Source: Poseidonia sp. (GTDB lineage: Archaea > Thermoplasmatota > Poseidoniia > Poseidoniales > Poseidoniaceae). Taken from it: 64,000 nucleotides of DNA. This document shows, one piece after another, positions 21,392-31,351 of the stretch. The stretch covers positions 32,001 through 96,000 of the forward strand of contig CBFIDD010000002.1 in NCBI GenBank assembly GCA_965661285.1, written 5' to 3'. The translations under genes were made by a program, and so were the position numbers. The notes under the pieces were generated by a model. It ran no database searches, was not told the origin of the DNA, and saw only the letters and a list, made by a program, of their open reading frames with translations. Within the stretch, counting starts at the first letter, position 1. Each line of letters opens with the position of its first letter.

Positions 21392-24300
21392 GGCCATAGA
21401 ACACAACCCACACCACGGCACGGATGTTTCGTTGTCCGTTACCGATACCGTCTGAAGGAACGTATTCAGCACCGTTGTAATAGCCTCTGTAGACCAGGTG
21501 ATTGGTGTTGTTGGTACCGTTATCGACCCAATCCGTGATGTCGTAGGTCCACTGCTTCACGTCTTGACCAGCGCACCATCCCGCTCGTCCGAACGGCCAC
21601 GAACCGAATTGGTTCGCCACGACTCCGTTGTTGACCTCTTTTTCACACCCTTCGTTATCGTACACGATCGGATGCCATTCGTATGTTTGGTGCTCTCCCA
21701 TGGTGTAGTAGTGTTGGTGGTCGCAGAATTCGGCACAATTGGCCGAATCCTTGTTGAATCCGTGGCCGGTGATGGTTGCCACAATTTCAACACTCGTGGC
21801 ATACGAAGGTACGCTGAAGTTGAGTTGTCGAACGTAGCGAGATTCGTTGTTGTAGGTTCCATCAAATTGACCACCGCTGAAGGCGTAAGTGGCGTTGACA
21901 GCACGTGAACCGCTTCCCCAATTGCTGAACAGGAAGGTGACGGTCAAGTCGCCTTTATTGGCGCCAGCGTATTTGAAACGCCGGTCTTCTCCGTCGTTCA
22001 ACATGAAGAGATAGGGCGAGATGTCGGTCAACCACATCCCTTCACGACCGTACGTGGTGATCCATCGGACCGATTCCGTGTTACATATCGTGTCGTTATC
22101 TCGGTCACAGATGAACATGTAGGCCAGGTAGTCCCATTCGTGACATCCACCGTACGAACCGTCGGATTTTTGATAGCGATTCGTTCGCTCAAAGCACGCA
22201 TGTTCGTGGTAAACTTCCAACGTGTCGTAACTCGTGAGGTCATTGGGGAGGTCGAAGGTGGCGTTTGAGAAGGAGGAATATCCAGAACCCCAACCTCCTG
22301 AGTGCCGTTGGAAATCCATGATTTGAACGGCATGCACGGCCGGGTCTTGTTCTCGGATTTTGGTTGGGAATTCTGCCACCCACTGGTTCGGCTCAAATGA
22401 AAGGTGGAACGGGTCATTTGATTGGCTCGTCCATGCATAGAGTGAACCGGTTTCCCGGGAGAGTTGGAATCGGTCAATCCCCATAAAGAAGGGGTTGTTG
22501 AAGGATGATATCATCGACCCAATGCCACCACCGAGGTTGCTCGCATCGACGTCAATGTAGTGAATTCGGTCGTCCCAGTATGCTTCCTCGCTGTTGGTCA
22601 ACCCAGCGAGCACAGCGTTTCGTTGCTGAATGACATCGTTGTGGTAACTGTTGTCAAAGGACCCGTAGAAAAGGTGTGTGTTGGCAGGGAGGTTCCGGAT
22701 GAATTTCCCTGGGTTTTGTCCCCATGTCGCACCGTTGTTGTTTCCGCTGGAATCGGTGTACTTGAACATGAAGAAGTAGACATCATCTCCAGTCCATCGG
22801 TCTTTGAAATTGAAGGTGCCGTTCAAGGTTGGAAACGAAAATTGCGGCACGGTTTGCATCGGGCCGTTGAGACTTGTCGCATCCGTCCACGGGACCGGTA
22901 ATTGGACCACAGCACAACCGTTCACATCCACACTCCAACGGTCGGGTGAGGATGCGCAATCATCGACATTCGCAAAGACGCCGTCCCCATCGATGTCGGC
23001 ACATCCCGCAGCATTGACCATGAGGCCGGCGGGCGTTCCCTCACATTCGTCGAGCAAGTCATTCACGCCGTCGCTATCGGTATCTCGCTCTAGCGCCGCA
23101 CACCCAACATCGTTGACGTCGGTGGCGTTCAGTGGCGTCCGAGGACACAGGTCAAGTTGATCACCGGTCGCATTGACATCATTGACGCCGTCATTGTCGT
23201 CGTCGTCGTCTTCGGTTGCGTCCTGGCATCCATCGTTGTCCCAATCGGTGGTGTTGTCTGAGAGCCAGTTGGCGACACCTTTGGCACACGCATCGTTGAG
23301 ATCGTTGTGGTCATCGTTGTCATCGTTATCGTCCTCATCAAGATCCGAACATCCGTCATTGTCCCAGTCGCTGTACCGGTTAGAATACCACCCCTTTCGT
23401 CCAACGGGACACAGGTCGTTGACATCATCGACCCCATCGTTGTCATCATCTTCATCCTCATTGGCGTCATGACACCCATCGTAATCGTAATCTGCGGACG
23501 GTGTGCTGACCCAGCCGTAGGATGCAGCACAAAGGTCGTAGGTGTCCGGTATCCCATCGTTGTCGTCATCCTCGTCTTCGTCGTTGTCCCTGCATCCGTC
23601 TTGGTCGCCATCCGTAGCCGTGGTTGATTCCCACCCTTCGTTGGCACCGATTCCCGACGGACACCGATCATAGATGTCCTGGACCCCGTCACCATCTTCG
23701 TCATCCCCTGCGCCCTCGATAATCACCTGTGTCGTAGCCGTGTCGCTTGACACACTGTAGCGACCGCAATTGGCATTGGAGGTGATGGTATGTGAGGAAA
23801 TCGATTCGGTAAAATCCATCAAGATTTTCCATCCACCGTTTTCGTTAAGCGCAACGGTACCTTCGTTCCCGTCGGTCACGGTATACGACACCGCACACGA
23901 GTCAACATAGAGGTGGCTTACGCTCCCCTCAAACCACACCACGTTTGGTTGTTCCAAGACGAGACGGTTGGGAACACTCAACACCGGGGCCGGTTCATCC
24001 GGCGCATTGATGTTCACCACCAGCACCAAAGGTTGGACGGATGGATTGAGTTGCGAGTCACCTGTGTTTTCAATGGTGATGGAAACGATATGTTCGCCGG
24101 TAGAGACCGGCGTGAATTTGAGTTGGTAACCGGTGTCCGTTTGCTCCCAAGTACGCTCGGATACCGGTGAAAAGTTTGGCTGAAGAACCGAGGCCTCGAT
24201 GCTCCACTCGCCGGTACCTTCCTGGGTAATGCCAAGAATATACGTGAGCTCATCACCGAGTTGGGCTTCGGTTGGAGCGAGAATCCAATTTGTGTTCAAA

Positions 24301-24416
24301 CTGTAGGTTGAGGCTGCTGGCTCCTCCTCCACAAGGGCGGGTTCGGTCGCCCCCATACACCCTGCAAGGGTCATGAGAGAGACGAGAATCAGAGCGGACC
24401 AACGTCGAGCATCCAT
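21381..24416 (-). CDS. Lipoprotein with TSP3 repeats and C-terminal peptide-N-glycosidase F-like domain
   Basis: Lipobox LAGC; DxDxDG..D.C repeats; HEWDY, RWITTYG, TGHG..CAEFC, GSWPFGRAGWCAG. Confidence 0.8.
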   Translation of the reverse strand: MDARRWSALILVSLMTLAGCMGATEPALVEEEPAASTYSLNTNWILAPTEAQLGDELTYILGITQEGTGEWSIEASVLQPNFSPVSERTWEQTDTGYQLKFTPVSTGEHIVSITIENTGDSQLNPSVQPLVLVVNINAPDEPAPVLSVPNRLVLEQPNVVWFEGSVSHLYVDSCAVSYTVTDGNEGTVALNENGGWKILMDFTESISSHTITSNANCGRYSVSSDTATTQVIIEGAGDDEDGDGVQDIYDRCPSGIGANEGWESTTATDGDQDGCRDNDEDEDDDNDGIPDTYDLCAASYGWVSTPSADYDYDGCHDANEDEDDDNDGVDDVNDLCPVGRKGWYSNRYSDWDNDGCSDLDEDDNDDNDDHNDLNDACAKGVANWLSDNTTDWDNDGCQDATEDDDDDNDGVNDVNATGDQLDLCPRTPLNATDVNDVGCAALERDTDSDGVNDLLDECEGTPAGLMVNAAGCADIDGDGVFANVDDCASSPDRWSVDVNGCAVVQLPVPWTDATSLNGPMQTVPQFSFPTLNGTFNFKDRWTGDDVYFFMFKYTDSSGNNNGATWGQNPGKFIRNLPANTHLFYGSFDNSYHNDVIQQRNAVLAGLTNSEEAYWDDRIHYIDVDASNLGGGIGSMISSFNNPFFMGIDRFQLSRETGSLYAWTSQSNDPFHLSFEPNQWVAEFPTKIREQDPAVHAVQIMDFQRHSGGWGSGYSSFSNATFDLPNDLTSYDTLEVYHEHACFERTNRYQKSDGSYGGCHEWDYLAYMFICDRDNDTICNTESVRWITTYGREGMWLTDISPYLFMLNDGEDRRFKYAGANKGDLTVTFLFSNWGSGSRAVNATYAFSGGQFDGTYNNESRYVRQLNFSVPSYATSVEIVATITGHGFNKDSANCAEFCDHQHYYTMGEHQTYEWHPIVYDNEGCEKEVNNGVVANQFGSWPFGRAGWCAGQDVKQWTYDITDWVDNGTNNTNHLVYRGYYNGAEYVPSDGIGNGQRNIRAVVWVVFYGPTT
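22900..23712 (-). repeat. Thrombospondin type-3-like coding repeats (D-x-D-x-D-G-C-x-D ... D-D-D-N-D-G)
   Basis: Four ~39-aa units followed by shorter D-x-C-P-x-T-P units. Confidence 0.8.
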
Positions 24417-24453
24417 GCCTGTTGCTTGGCTGGGCTGTCTTTCAATGTGTTGT

Positions 24454-25596
24454 TCAACTGATGTCGAGTTCGGAGCGGCCGTCGTGAAGCGGCAGTGATG
24501 CTAACGCCACCTTTCCGCTTCCGTGAGCGACCTTGAGCGGTTGTACCCAGAGCAGTGCGCCTCCCTTTTTCCTATCGATTCTCAAAATACACTCCCAATG
24601 GATGCGCAAGAGGTCGGTGTTGACTGACCCTGGCCATGCTGGCTGTGGCGGTTCAAGAACGAGAGGTTTTCCATCCTCCCACCGTTGTGGTTCATTTTGG
24701 ACCATCACTCGCATCGGACGAAGATAGAGGCCACCTTTTACTTCCTTGAGTTCCATCGGGGCGTCCTCGCCTCCTGCCGTCCCATCATCCAAACCGACTT
24801 CCCAATGATGAGGTAGTTCCGTCGATAACCCGGGTGGAGGCTGACGTTTTGGGTCTCGATCAAGGGTTTCGAGCAGCACTTCCCGTGAGGGCGGAAGAAC
24901 ACCAACCCGGAGAATGGCATCGACATGGTTCCACGAGTCATCCCACTCAGGGAACGTGACATTGAACTCCAAGGATTCATGCGCTACACTGGGTTTTGAA
25001 AATTCTATGACGGGTGTCTGAAGGTTTCGTTTCAAGAAAAGGTTTTGGCGCCGTAACTCGATCAAATTGGCAACGACTCTGAGGACCAGCGGTGCGAAAA
25101 TGAGCGGGACGACAAAAACTGCCAGAGCAGGATAATCAAGCAAGCCCCAGCGTACGGTTTCAAGCCCGTATACGGGGAGGTTGAGAAGGAGAAGGACCGG
25201 TGAGATGAACAGGTAGAAAAGACAAGCGAGAAGAACGACCACAACACCATTGATAAACGTGCGAAGGACATTGTGAATCGGATTGGGAATCAGATACCAA
25301 CCACGGCGTTGTCGTTTGATCAAACGCACATAGGGCTCGTTTTCTAAATGGGGGCTGGAAGGTGTATGTTGTAGACGCTCCTCGCCGAATATGTAGGTTC
25401 GCTCAATCAGCCACGACTGCTCATCACCGAGTTGAAATTCCGGACTGCGCTCCTTGATCACTTCCAGTGCTTCATCTTGCTCTTCATACTCACCAATCAG
25501 CGTGCGATGCGTTGCGATGGGGAGGGCTTCTGCTTCCCAACGTGCCGCTTCAAACGGCGGGTATCGAACCCGATGCTGTTCGTAGAGACGCTTCAC
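24454..25596 (-). CDS. Hypothetical membrane protein (2 TM)
   Basis: GTG 25596 behind a GAGGTG SD, just after the GGR stop; two hydrophobic segments. Confidence 0.7.
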   Translation of the reverse strand: MKRLYEQHRVRYPPFEAARWEAEALPIATHRTLIGEYEEQDEALEVIKERSPEFQLGDEQSWLIERTYIFGEERLQHTPSSPHLENEPYVRLIKRQRRGWYLIPNPIHNVLRTFINGVVVVLLACLFYLFISPVLLLLNLPVYGLETVRWGLLDYPALAVFVVPLIFAPLVLRVVANLIELRRQNLFLKRNLQTPVIEFSKPSVAHESLEFNVTFPEWDDSWNHVDAILRVGVLPPSREVLLETLDRDPKRQPPPGLSTELPHHWEVGLDDGTAGGEDAPMELKEVKGGLYLRPMRVMVQNEPQRWEDGKPLVLEPPQPAWPGSVNTDLLRIHWECILRIDRKKGGALLWVQPLKVAHGSGKVALASLPLHDGRSELDIS

Positions 25597-25606
25597 GTCG
25601 AGCACC

Positions 25607-26821
25607 TCAGGACAACAACAATCGAACGCCTGCTTTGAGTGCAAGTGGGCGGAACGCTGGTACTTGCTTGAGCAAGGCCATACCAAGGGGGACTGGCTTT
25701 TCGATGTCCCCTATAGCGTTGATGAGTTGAAGCGTATCCGGGTGTGCGAAATTTGTGAAATGTTTGTCCAGTACGTCGTCCGAGCAATCACTCACGAGGA
25801 GATTGCGCAACGTTCGAGCCCTGTCCTGCTCTTTTTTCATGGCGGCCCACGGTTTCTTGGTGATGGACTTGAGCGTCACCTCGTCTAGCGTGTTGGCCCG
25901 GATGGCTTCGCTGAGCGGCTCGATAATGCATTGAATTTGATGGAAGCCTGGTCCGAGTCCTCCGCCCGTGGTTGGCTTGGCCATGCCGGCTGCGTCGCCA
26001 AGTAACATGACTCTGTTTTTGACTGGCTTTTTCACCATACCCGAAGGTACTGGTCCGCAATACCGGGCGATTTCTGAGGTGTTCGCGAACCGTTCTTTCC
26101 ACAACGGATGGTCCATCAAATCCTGATAACACGATTCAATACTGCGTCCGTTGAGACGGTCGGCCGTCGACCACAACCCAATTCGATGGGTTCCAAATCC
26201 GGAAGGAATGACCCAAGCGAAGAATCCCGGTGCGATACTGGAACCGCTGTACATCTCGAGCCAGCGTTCCCGACCTTCGTAGCCCACGACTTCTGTTTGA
26301 AAACCGATCATCAATTCCTTCGGACGGCCCATTTTGAACGTCCGTCGAGTCCAGCTGTGGGCACCGTCTGCACCGATGAGGAGTTTGCAGTGGAGGTGGT
26401 GAATCTCGCCGGATTTACGCACGGTTACCTCAACGCCATCGTCGTTTGCCTGTGCGTTGAGTGGAACACTGTCCAGCCACAGGGTGGCACCTGCTTCCAT
26501 GCCTTGCTGCACAATGAACTGGTCAAATCGCTTGCGACACACAACATAGGTGCGTAGGACACCCTCTGTACCGACCGGTACCAACGTTCCACTTGGCCCG
26601 TGTATGAGGGCACCATCGACTTCTTCCAGAACGGTTTCATGACCGCCTACCACGTTCATTGCCGAGGGTGTGACCAAGCCTGCGCATTGAAACGGACGGC
26701 CAATTTCGGTGTGTTCCTCGAGCATGAGGACACGAAATCCTTGCTCACTGAGGAGCGTTGCTGCCCGTCCCCCTACAGGGCCTGCGCCGACGATGACGAC
26801 ATCAAAGCCGACCGTGTCCAT
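25607..26821 (-). CDS. Geranylgeranyl reductase family FAD oxidoreductase (DGGGPL reductase-like)
   Basis: VVIVGAGPVG, PFQCAG, GADG, PGFFAWVIP, LLGDAAGMAKPTTGGG. Confidence 0.92.
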   Translation of the reverse strand: MDTVGFDVVIVGAGPVGGRAATLLSEQGFRVLMLEEHTEIGRPFQCAGLVTPSAMNVVGGHETVLEEVDGALIHGPSGTLVPVGTEGVLRTYVVCRKRFDQFIVQQGMEAGATLWLDSVPLNAQANDDGVEVTVRKSGEIHHLHCKLLIGADGAHSWTRRTFKMGRPKELMIGFQTEVVGYEGRERWLEMYSGSSIAPGFFAWVIPSGFGTHRIGLWSTADRLNGRSIESCYQDLMDHPLWKERFANTSEIARYCGPVPSGMVKKPVKNRVMLLGDAAGMAKPTTGGGLGPGFHQIQCIIEPLSEAIRANTLDEVTLKSITKKPWAAMKKEQDRARTLRNLLVSDCSDDVLDKHFTNFAHPDTLQLINAIGDIEKPVPLGMALLKQVPAFRPLALKAGVRLLLS

Positions 26822-26875
26822 GTTTTCGCCTGGGGAAGGTATTGTTTCAACCTTCCTTCACTCATGGCCTTTCGG

Positions 26876-29617
26876 TTAGCGTTTGGCGAATTTGTATCCA
26901 ACGGATTGGTTCTTTTTCAGATAAAGCGTTGCAGAGAAGGGATTGTTGGTTTTCTTTGAAACAAAATCGTCAAACGGGCCCAACGAACCGGTCTCGATGA
27001 GTGTTTTCGCTTCCTCGCGGGTGATGTCCCGTTTTGAGATGCAACGAGAGATGTGGATCTTGCAGTTGGTGGATTTGTCTTCTGCAGTATAGTGTGTTTC
27101 CGTTTCGATGATGTTCGCTTTCGATTTGGGACAAACCGCAACCACGCCCGGCTCAACCGGGAATTTCTTGGCGTCCGCTGCGGGGGCTCGCGGTGGGAAA
27201 TCAAAGGAAACACGATTTTTGTCGAGCATCAGGAAGGCGCTAAAGGGGCGGTTTCGGCGTGACGTGAAATCTTCGAGCAGAAGTGATTTTCCTTCCGTGA
27301 AGATTGGTTTCGCCTCCTCGGGCGTGATGGTGCGCTTGCACATCACGTTCTGCATGCCACGGAATTTGCAGTCGGGATTGTCGCAGTTGTAGGCGGATGG
27401 CGTGATTCTGATGTTGCCGTGGTCGCATACCGGGCAAGGACACAGGACTTCGTCATCATCGCTGGTCCCACCTCCTGCGGCTCCTTTGCTTGCGACCTTT
27501 CCGTCTTTTGCAAGGACAACGGATGTTTCGTACCCCTCAGCAGATTGTGAAAAGAAGCCGTGGAGGTCATTGAGTTCTCCCGAAGCCAACAACCTCGTGG
27601 CCGTGGTGCGATCGAACCACCGACCCGATGTGTCTTTCCAAAACACGAACGAACATCCTTTGTTTCGTCCTTCATTGTGTTCGCATTGGTAGGCCAGTGT
27701 GTTTTCTTTCACCTCTCCACCGCATGCTGGACAAGCACCAAGACTCGGCTCCTCAAGGTAGAGTTGCTTGCGGTCATGGTCCCGAATAAGTTCCACCATG
27801 GATTGTGTTTGTTGGATGATTTTGTTCATGTAGGATTCCATGGGCTCTTCGCCGCGTTGAACAGCGAGGAGCGATGCTTCCATCTCTCCTGTCAGTTCAG
27901 GGGATGTAATCCACTCGACCGGGATTCTTCGTAAGACATCAATCATTCGAATGCCGTGAGGCGAGGCACTGATGGTTCCATTGCGGGAGCGTCGGATGTA
28001 ATTTCGACTGAGAAGTTTCTCAATGGTGTCGGCACGTGTTGCTGGGGTTCCCAAGCCCTTCTCTTTCATCGCTTCTGCGAGTTCATCATCCTCGATGTTC
28101 TTGCCAGCATGTTCCATGAGTTGCAGGAGGCTCGCTTCTTTGAGGCGATTTTTTGGCTTGCTTTTTTCTTCAGAAAATTCATGCGAATCGAGGGTTGCGT
28201 CGCATGGATTGGCTGGGAGTTTCCCCCAGCCCTCCGGGACCTTGTCCTTCTTCGGGACAACTGCCCGCCAACCGGATATGGCCAACCGTTCCACTTGCTT
28301 GATGAATTGGTGCCCTTCTTTTGAGGTGATTCGCTTCGTAACCGTCCATTCAGACGCAGGGTGCCACGATGCCAAGAAATTACGAACAATCAAATCGTAG
28401 AGTTTCGCATGGTCGCCGCCGAAATTGGTCGGTGGTGTCTGACCCGTGGGAACGATGGCATAGTGATCTGAAACCTTCGCATTGTTGTAATTCCGTTTGA
28501 CGTTGGCCAAACCCTCCGATTGCAGACGCTTGGTATGTTCGCTGTAGTCTGATTGTTTACCGATGTTGTCCAGTGTTTTGGCGACGGTTTCGTGCATGTC
28601 TTCGGGGAGATATTTTGAATCTGTTCTCGGGTAGGTGGTCAATTTGAATTTGTCATAGAGGTCTTGTGCGACGCCCAGCGTACGCTTTGCTGACCAAGAC
28701 CACAAACTGTTCGCTCGCTTCTGGAGTGTGGTCAAGTCAAAGTTGAGCGGTGGCTGTTCTTTCTTGGTTCGGTCTGTTTCTTCCGTAGAAAAGCCATTCT
28801 GTTCGGCCAAGATGGTTTCAATGGCATCTTTTTCAGCCGGGTCAATAATTCGGTGGGCTTTGAATTCGGGCCGCTCAGCATCGTCCTTGTGATTTGTCCG
28901 TTCCCAACGCGCTGTCCATGTCGCATCGCCTGCTGAAAAGGTTGCATTCAGTTGCCAGTACGGCACAGGAATGTGCGACAAGACCTCGAGTTCATGGTCA
29001 ACGACAAGTGCCAGTGTTGCCGTTTGTACTCGACCAAGAGAGTTCGCCGAACGGTCTCGGTTCTGAGGGAGGCGTGTGGCGACACGAGAACCGTTCATTC
29101 CGATGATCCAATCTGCTCTGGACCGGGAATACGCCGCGTCGCTCAAGGCCTGATAGGCCTCGCCCTGTTCTCGGTTCTCAAAGGCTTGCAGCATAGCGTC
29201 GTAGGTCATTGATTGCATCCACATTCGAGAGGTGGGTGTTTTTACTTTGGTGTGCTGCACGATGGTGCGGAAAATCAATTCGCCTTCTCTTGCAGCATCG
29301 CAGGCGTTGACGATCTCTGTCACGGACTTGTCTTTGACGAGTTTCATGATGGCTGACAACTGCTTTTTCGCACGCCCACCTTTTGGTTTGTATTGAAAGG
29401 ATTCGGGAATGTAGGGGAGACGGTCAATGGTTTTCCTCCAATTCTTGAACGCCTCATCATAGTCGTCCATGTATTTCAGTTCGAGAAGATGTCCAATGGC
29501 CCACGTGATGATGATATCATCGCTGTGCCAGTGTGTTTCTGTTTTTTTCCCGACGCCGAGAACATTTGCCAAGTCCTCGGCAACACTGGGTTTCTCAGCA
29601 ATGATGACGATGGACAT
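26876..29617 (-). CDS. topB: Type IA DNA topoisomerase, TopB (topo III)-like, with C-terminal Zn-ribbon and repeat domains
   Basis: IIAEKPSVA, NACDAAREGELIF, TYPRTDS (catalytic Tyr), GLGTPATRA; C-terminal CPxC plus F.S+...F.A repeats. Confidence 0.9.
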   Translation of the reverse strand: MSIVIIAEKPSVAEDLANVLGVGKKTETHWHSDDIIITWAIGHLLELKYMDDYDEAFKNWRKTIDRLPYIPESFQYKPKGGRAKKQLSAIMKLVKDKSVTEIVNACDAAREGELIFRTIVQHTKVKTPTSRMWMQSMTYDAMLQAFENREQGEAYQALSDAAYSRSRADWIIGMNGSRVATRLPQNRDRSANSLGRVQTATLALVVDHELEVLSHIPVPYWQLNATFSAGDATWTARWERTNHKDDAERPEFKAHRIIDPAEKDAIETILAEQNGFSTEETDRTKKEQPPLNFDLTTLQKRANSLWSWSAKRTLGVAQDLYDKFKLTTYPRTDSKYLPEDMHETVAKTLDNIGKQSDYSEHTKRLQSEGLANVKRNYNNAKVSDHYAIVPTGQTPPTNFGGDHAKLYDLIVRNFLASWHPASEWTVTKRITSKEGHQFIKQVERLAISGWRAVVPKKDKVPEGWGKLPANPCDATLDSHEFSEEKSKPKNRLKEASLLQLMEHAGKNIEDDELAEAMKEKGLGTPATRADTIEKLLSRNYIRRSRNGTISASPHGIRMIDVLRRIPVEWITSPELTGEMEASLLAVQRGEEPMESYMNKIIQQTQSMVELIRDHDRKQLYLEEPSLGACPACGGEVKENTLAYQCEHNEGRNKGCSFVFWKDTSGRWFDRTTATRLLASGELNDLHGFFSQSAEGYETSVVLAKDGKVASKGAAGGGTSDDDEVLCPCPVCDHGNIRITPSAYNCDNPDCKFRGMQNVMCKRTITPEEAKPIFTEGKSLLLEDFTSRRNRPFSAFLMLDKNRVSFDFPPRAPAADAKKFPVEPGVVAVCPKSKANIIETETHYTAEDKSTNCKIHISRCISKRDITREEAKTLIETGSLGPFDDFVSKKTNNPFSATLYLKKNQSVGYKFAKR

Positions 29618-29709
29618 ATGATGATTGCGCACCGATGACCGTACTTGAACCCTCCTTTGAGGGCGAGATGCAATCGGTCACGCACATGAAATGTCTCATT
29701 TCATGAGGT

Positions 29710-30138
29710 TCAATCATCTCGGTTTTGCATCTTTTTCCGACTCGCATGTTCGTCCCAATCATCTTCTGTATGTGGGCCACCGCAACCCAGGCATCCCGGA
29801 TACCCTGCATCCAAGAGGTCGCCCATGACCGCTGCTATAGATTGCCAACCTGATTCCACATCCATGGGCACCCAGACCGTTTCAAGCGGCGGTTCTCCTT
29901 CACAACAAACGGCCAGTGTGCTTGACTGATGCGGCAGGTTGAGCTCGATCGAGCCATCATTCATTGGGGTGAATTCCAGAAAATTCGTTCGCGAGGGTTG
30001 GACATCACCCAGTCGTATGTTCAACGCATGGAGAAGTGGTTCCAGCCACGTCGGGCCGCTCACCACCAACCCTTCGGTTCTCAAGAGGATTCGTCCAAAC
30101 TCTCGAACCGCAGGCCAGCGAGGGTCCGTTATTCGCAT
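29710..30138 (-). CDS. Hypothetical protein with C-terminal CxxC (GYPGCLGCGG)
   Basis: ATG 30138 fills the gap between topB and pyrD; TTCAAG box 25-30 nt upstream. Confidence 0.65.
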   Translation of the reverse strand: MRITDPRWPAVREFGRILLRTEGLVVSGPTWLEPLLHALNIRLGDVQPSRTNFLEFTPMNDGSIELNLPHQSSTLAVCCEGEPPLETVWVPMDVESGWQSIAAVMGDLLDAGYPGCLGCGGPHTEDDWDEHASRKKMQNRDD

Positions 30139-30162
30139 GTTTTCTTCCAAGCAGAGGCAAGT

Positions 30163-30169
30163 CTTGAAG
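30163..30169. promoter_or_regulatory. Putative bidirectional TATA-like box CTTGAAG
   Basis: Near-palindrome 24-30 nt from both divergent ATGs (30138 on minus, 30193 on plus). Confidence 0.5.
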
Positions 30170-30192
30170 GATGGCGTGCCAAACCACCACTC

Positions 30193-31329
30193 ATGGGCGT
30201 TGGCTATCGTTGGTTTGGACGCCCATTGTTGCGTTTTCAAGACTCCGAAAGAGCGCACGCACGCTCGTTATCACTTCTACGCCTCTTTTCCACAAACCCG
30301 CTTACACGAGTGGCTTTGAAAATCCTATACAAACCACGTCGCTCTCTCCCCGTTGAATTATTCGGCCACACCTACACCCATCCCTTTGGCCTTGCAGCAG
30401 GCATGGACAAGAACGCCAAAGCTCTCCTGGGTTGGGAAGCAACGGGTTTGGCCTTTGTCGAAATCGGTGGTGTTACGATGTTGGAACAAACCGGCAACCC
30501 CAAACCGAGAATGTTTCGAGCGCCAAAGGCTCAAGCGCTTGTCAATCGGATGGGGTTCAACAACGATGGAAGTGAAAAAATTCAATCGGCACTCAGGCGT
30601 CATTTCGAACGACACGGCCGCCCAGGAATCCCTCTTTGGGTCAATCTTGGCAAATCCAAAGTGACACCCCTTGATGAGGCGCCTGCCGATTATGCCACCA
30701 CCATGGAGCGACTTTGGGAGTATGGGGACGTGTTTGTCATCAATGTCTCTTCCCCCAACACACCAAATCTCCGGGAACTTCAGGGTGACGAGGGGCTCAA
30801 AACGATTCTTTTGGCTTGCCATGGCGTCAACAATCGTCGTTCTGAGGAAACGAATGCGGACAAGAAGCCTGTGCTGGTCAAAGTTGCCCCCGACATGACG
30901 GCGCAGCAACTCGTTCACATCGCAAGAACCGCGAAAGAAAACGGAGCAGACGGCATCGTTGTCTCCAACACCACGGTCGAGCGCCCGACGGCAACACATG
31001 GTCGAGACAAGGCGGTTTTTTCTCAGAAAGGAGGCTTGAGCGGTCAGCCCCTCAAGGAACGCTCTACGGCCATGATTCGAACGGTCAGAGAGGCCACAGG
31101 ACCGGAATGGCCCATCATCGGCGTTGGTGGTATTGCTTCTGCAGATGATGCCTGGGAAAAATTAGAGGCTGGGGCCACCCTTCTCCAAGCCTATAGCGGG
31201 TTTGTGTTTGAGGGCCCAGCCTTGACCAAAAGCGTCGTTCATGGACTTCACAAGCGGCTTGAAGCGTCGACCCACGAGACTGTAGCCGATGTGGTCGGGT
31301 CCTCAGTACGAACAAAAGAGGATTTGTAA
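30193..31329 (+). CDS. pyrD: Quinone-dependent dihydroorotate dehydrogenase (class 2)
   Basis: PFGLAAGMDKN, QTGNPKPRMFR, NRMGFNN, NVSSPNTPNLR, KVAPD, SNTT, GGLSG. Confidence 0.96.
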   Translation: MGVGYRWFGRPLLRFQDSERAHARSLSLLRLFSTNPLTRVALKILYKPRRSLPVELFGHTYTHPFGLAAGMDKNAKALLGWEATGLAFVEIGGVTMLEQTGNPKPRMFRAPKAQALVNRMGFNNDGSEKIQSALRRHFERHGRPGIPLWVNLGKSKVTPLDEAPADYATTMERLWEYGDVFVINVSSPNTPNLRELQGDEGLKTILLACHGVNNRRSEETNADKKPVLVKVAPDMTAQQLVHIARTAKENGADGIVVSNTTVERPTATHGRDKAVFSQKGGLSGQPLKERSTAMIRTVREATGPEWPIIGVGGIASADDAWEKLEAGATLLQAYSGFVFEGPALTKSVVHGLHKRLEASTHETVADVVGSSVRTKEDL

Positions 31330-31351
31330 GGGTTCAACGGTTGGGAACATC

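Noticed and set aside
14331-23712. CRISPR or tandem DNA repeats
   Set aside because: The repeats are degenerate, in frame and explained by Asp-rich protein repeats, with no constant repeat-spacer pattern.
29929-30192. N-terminal extension of PyrD; likewise the track extensions of endA (34401), wHTH (34859), M6 protease (38021), folE (60032) and PqqD (49807)
   Set aside because: They overlap better-supported genes. Downstream starts fit domain boundaries, SD sequences or promoter spacing.
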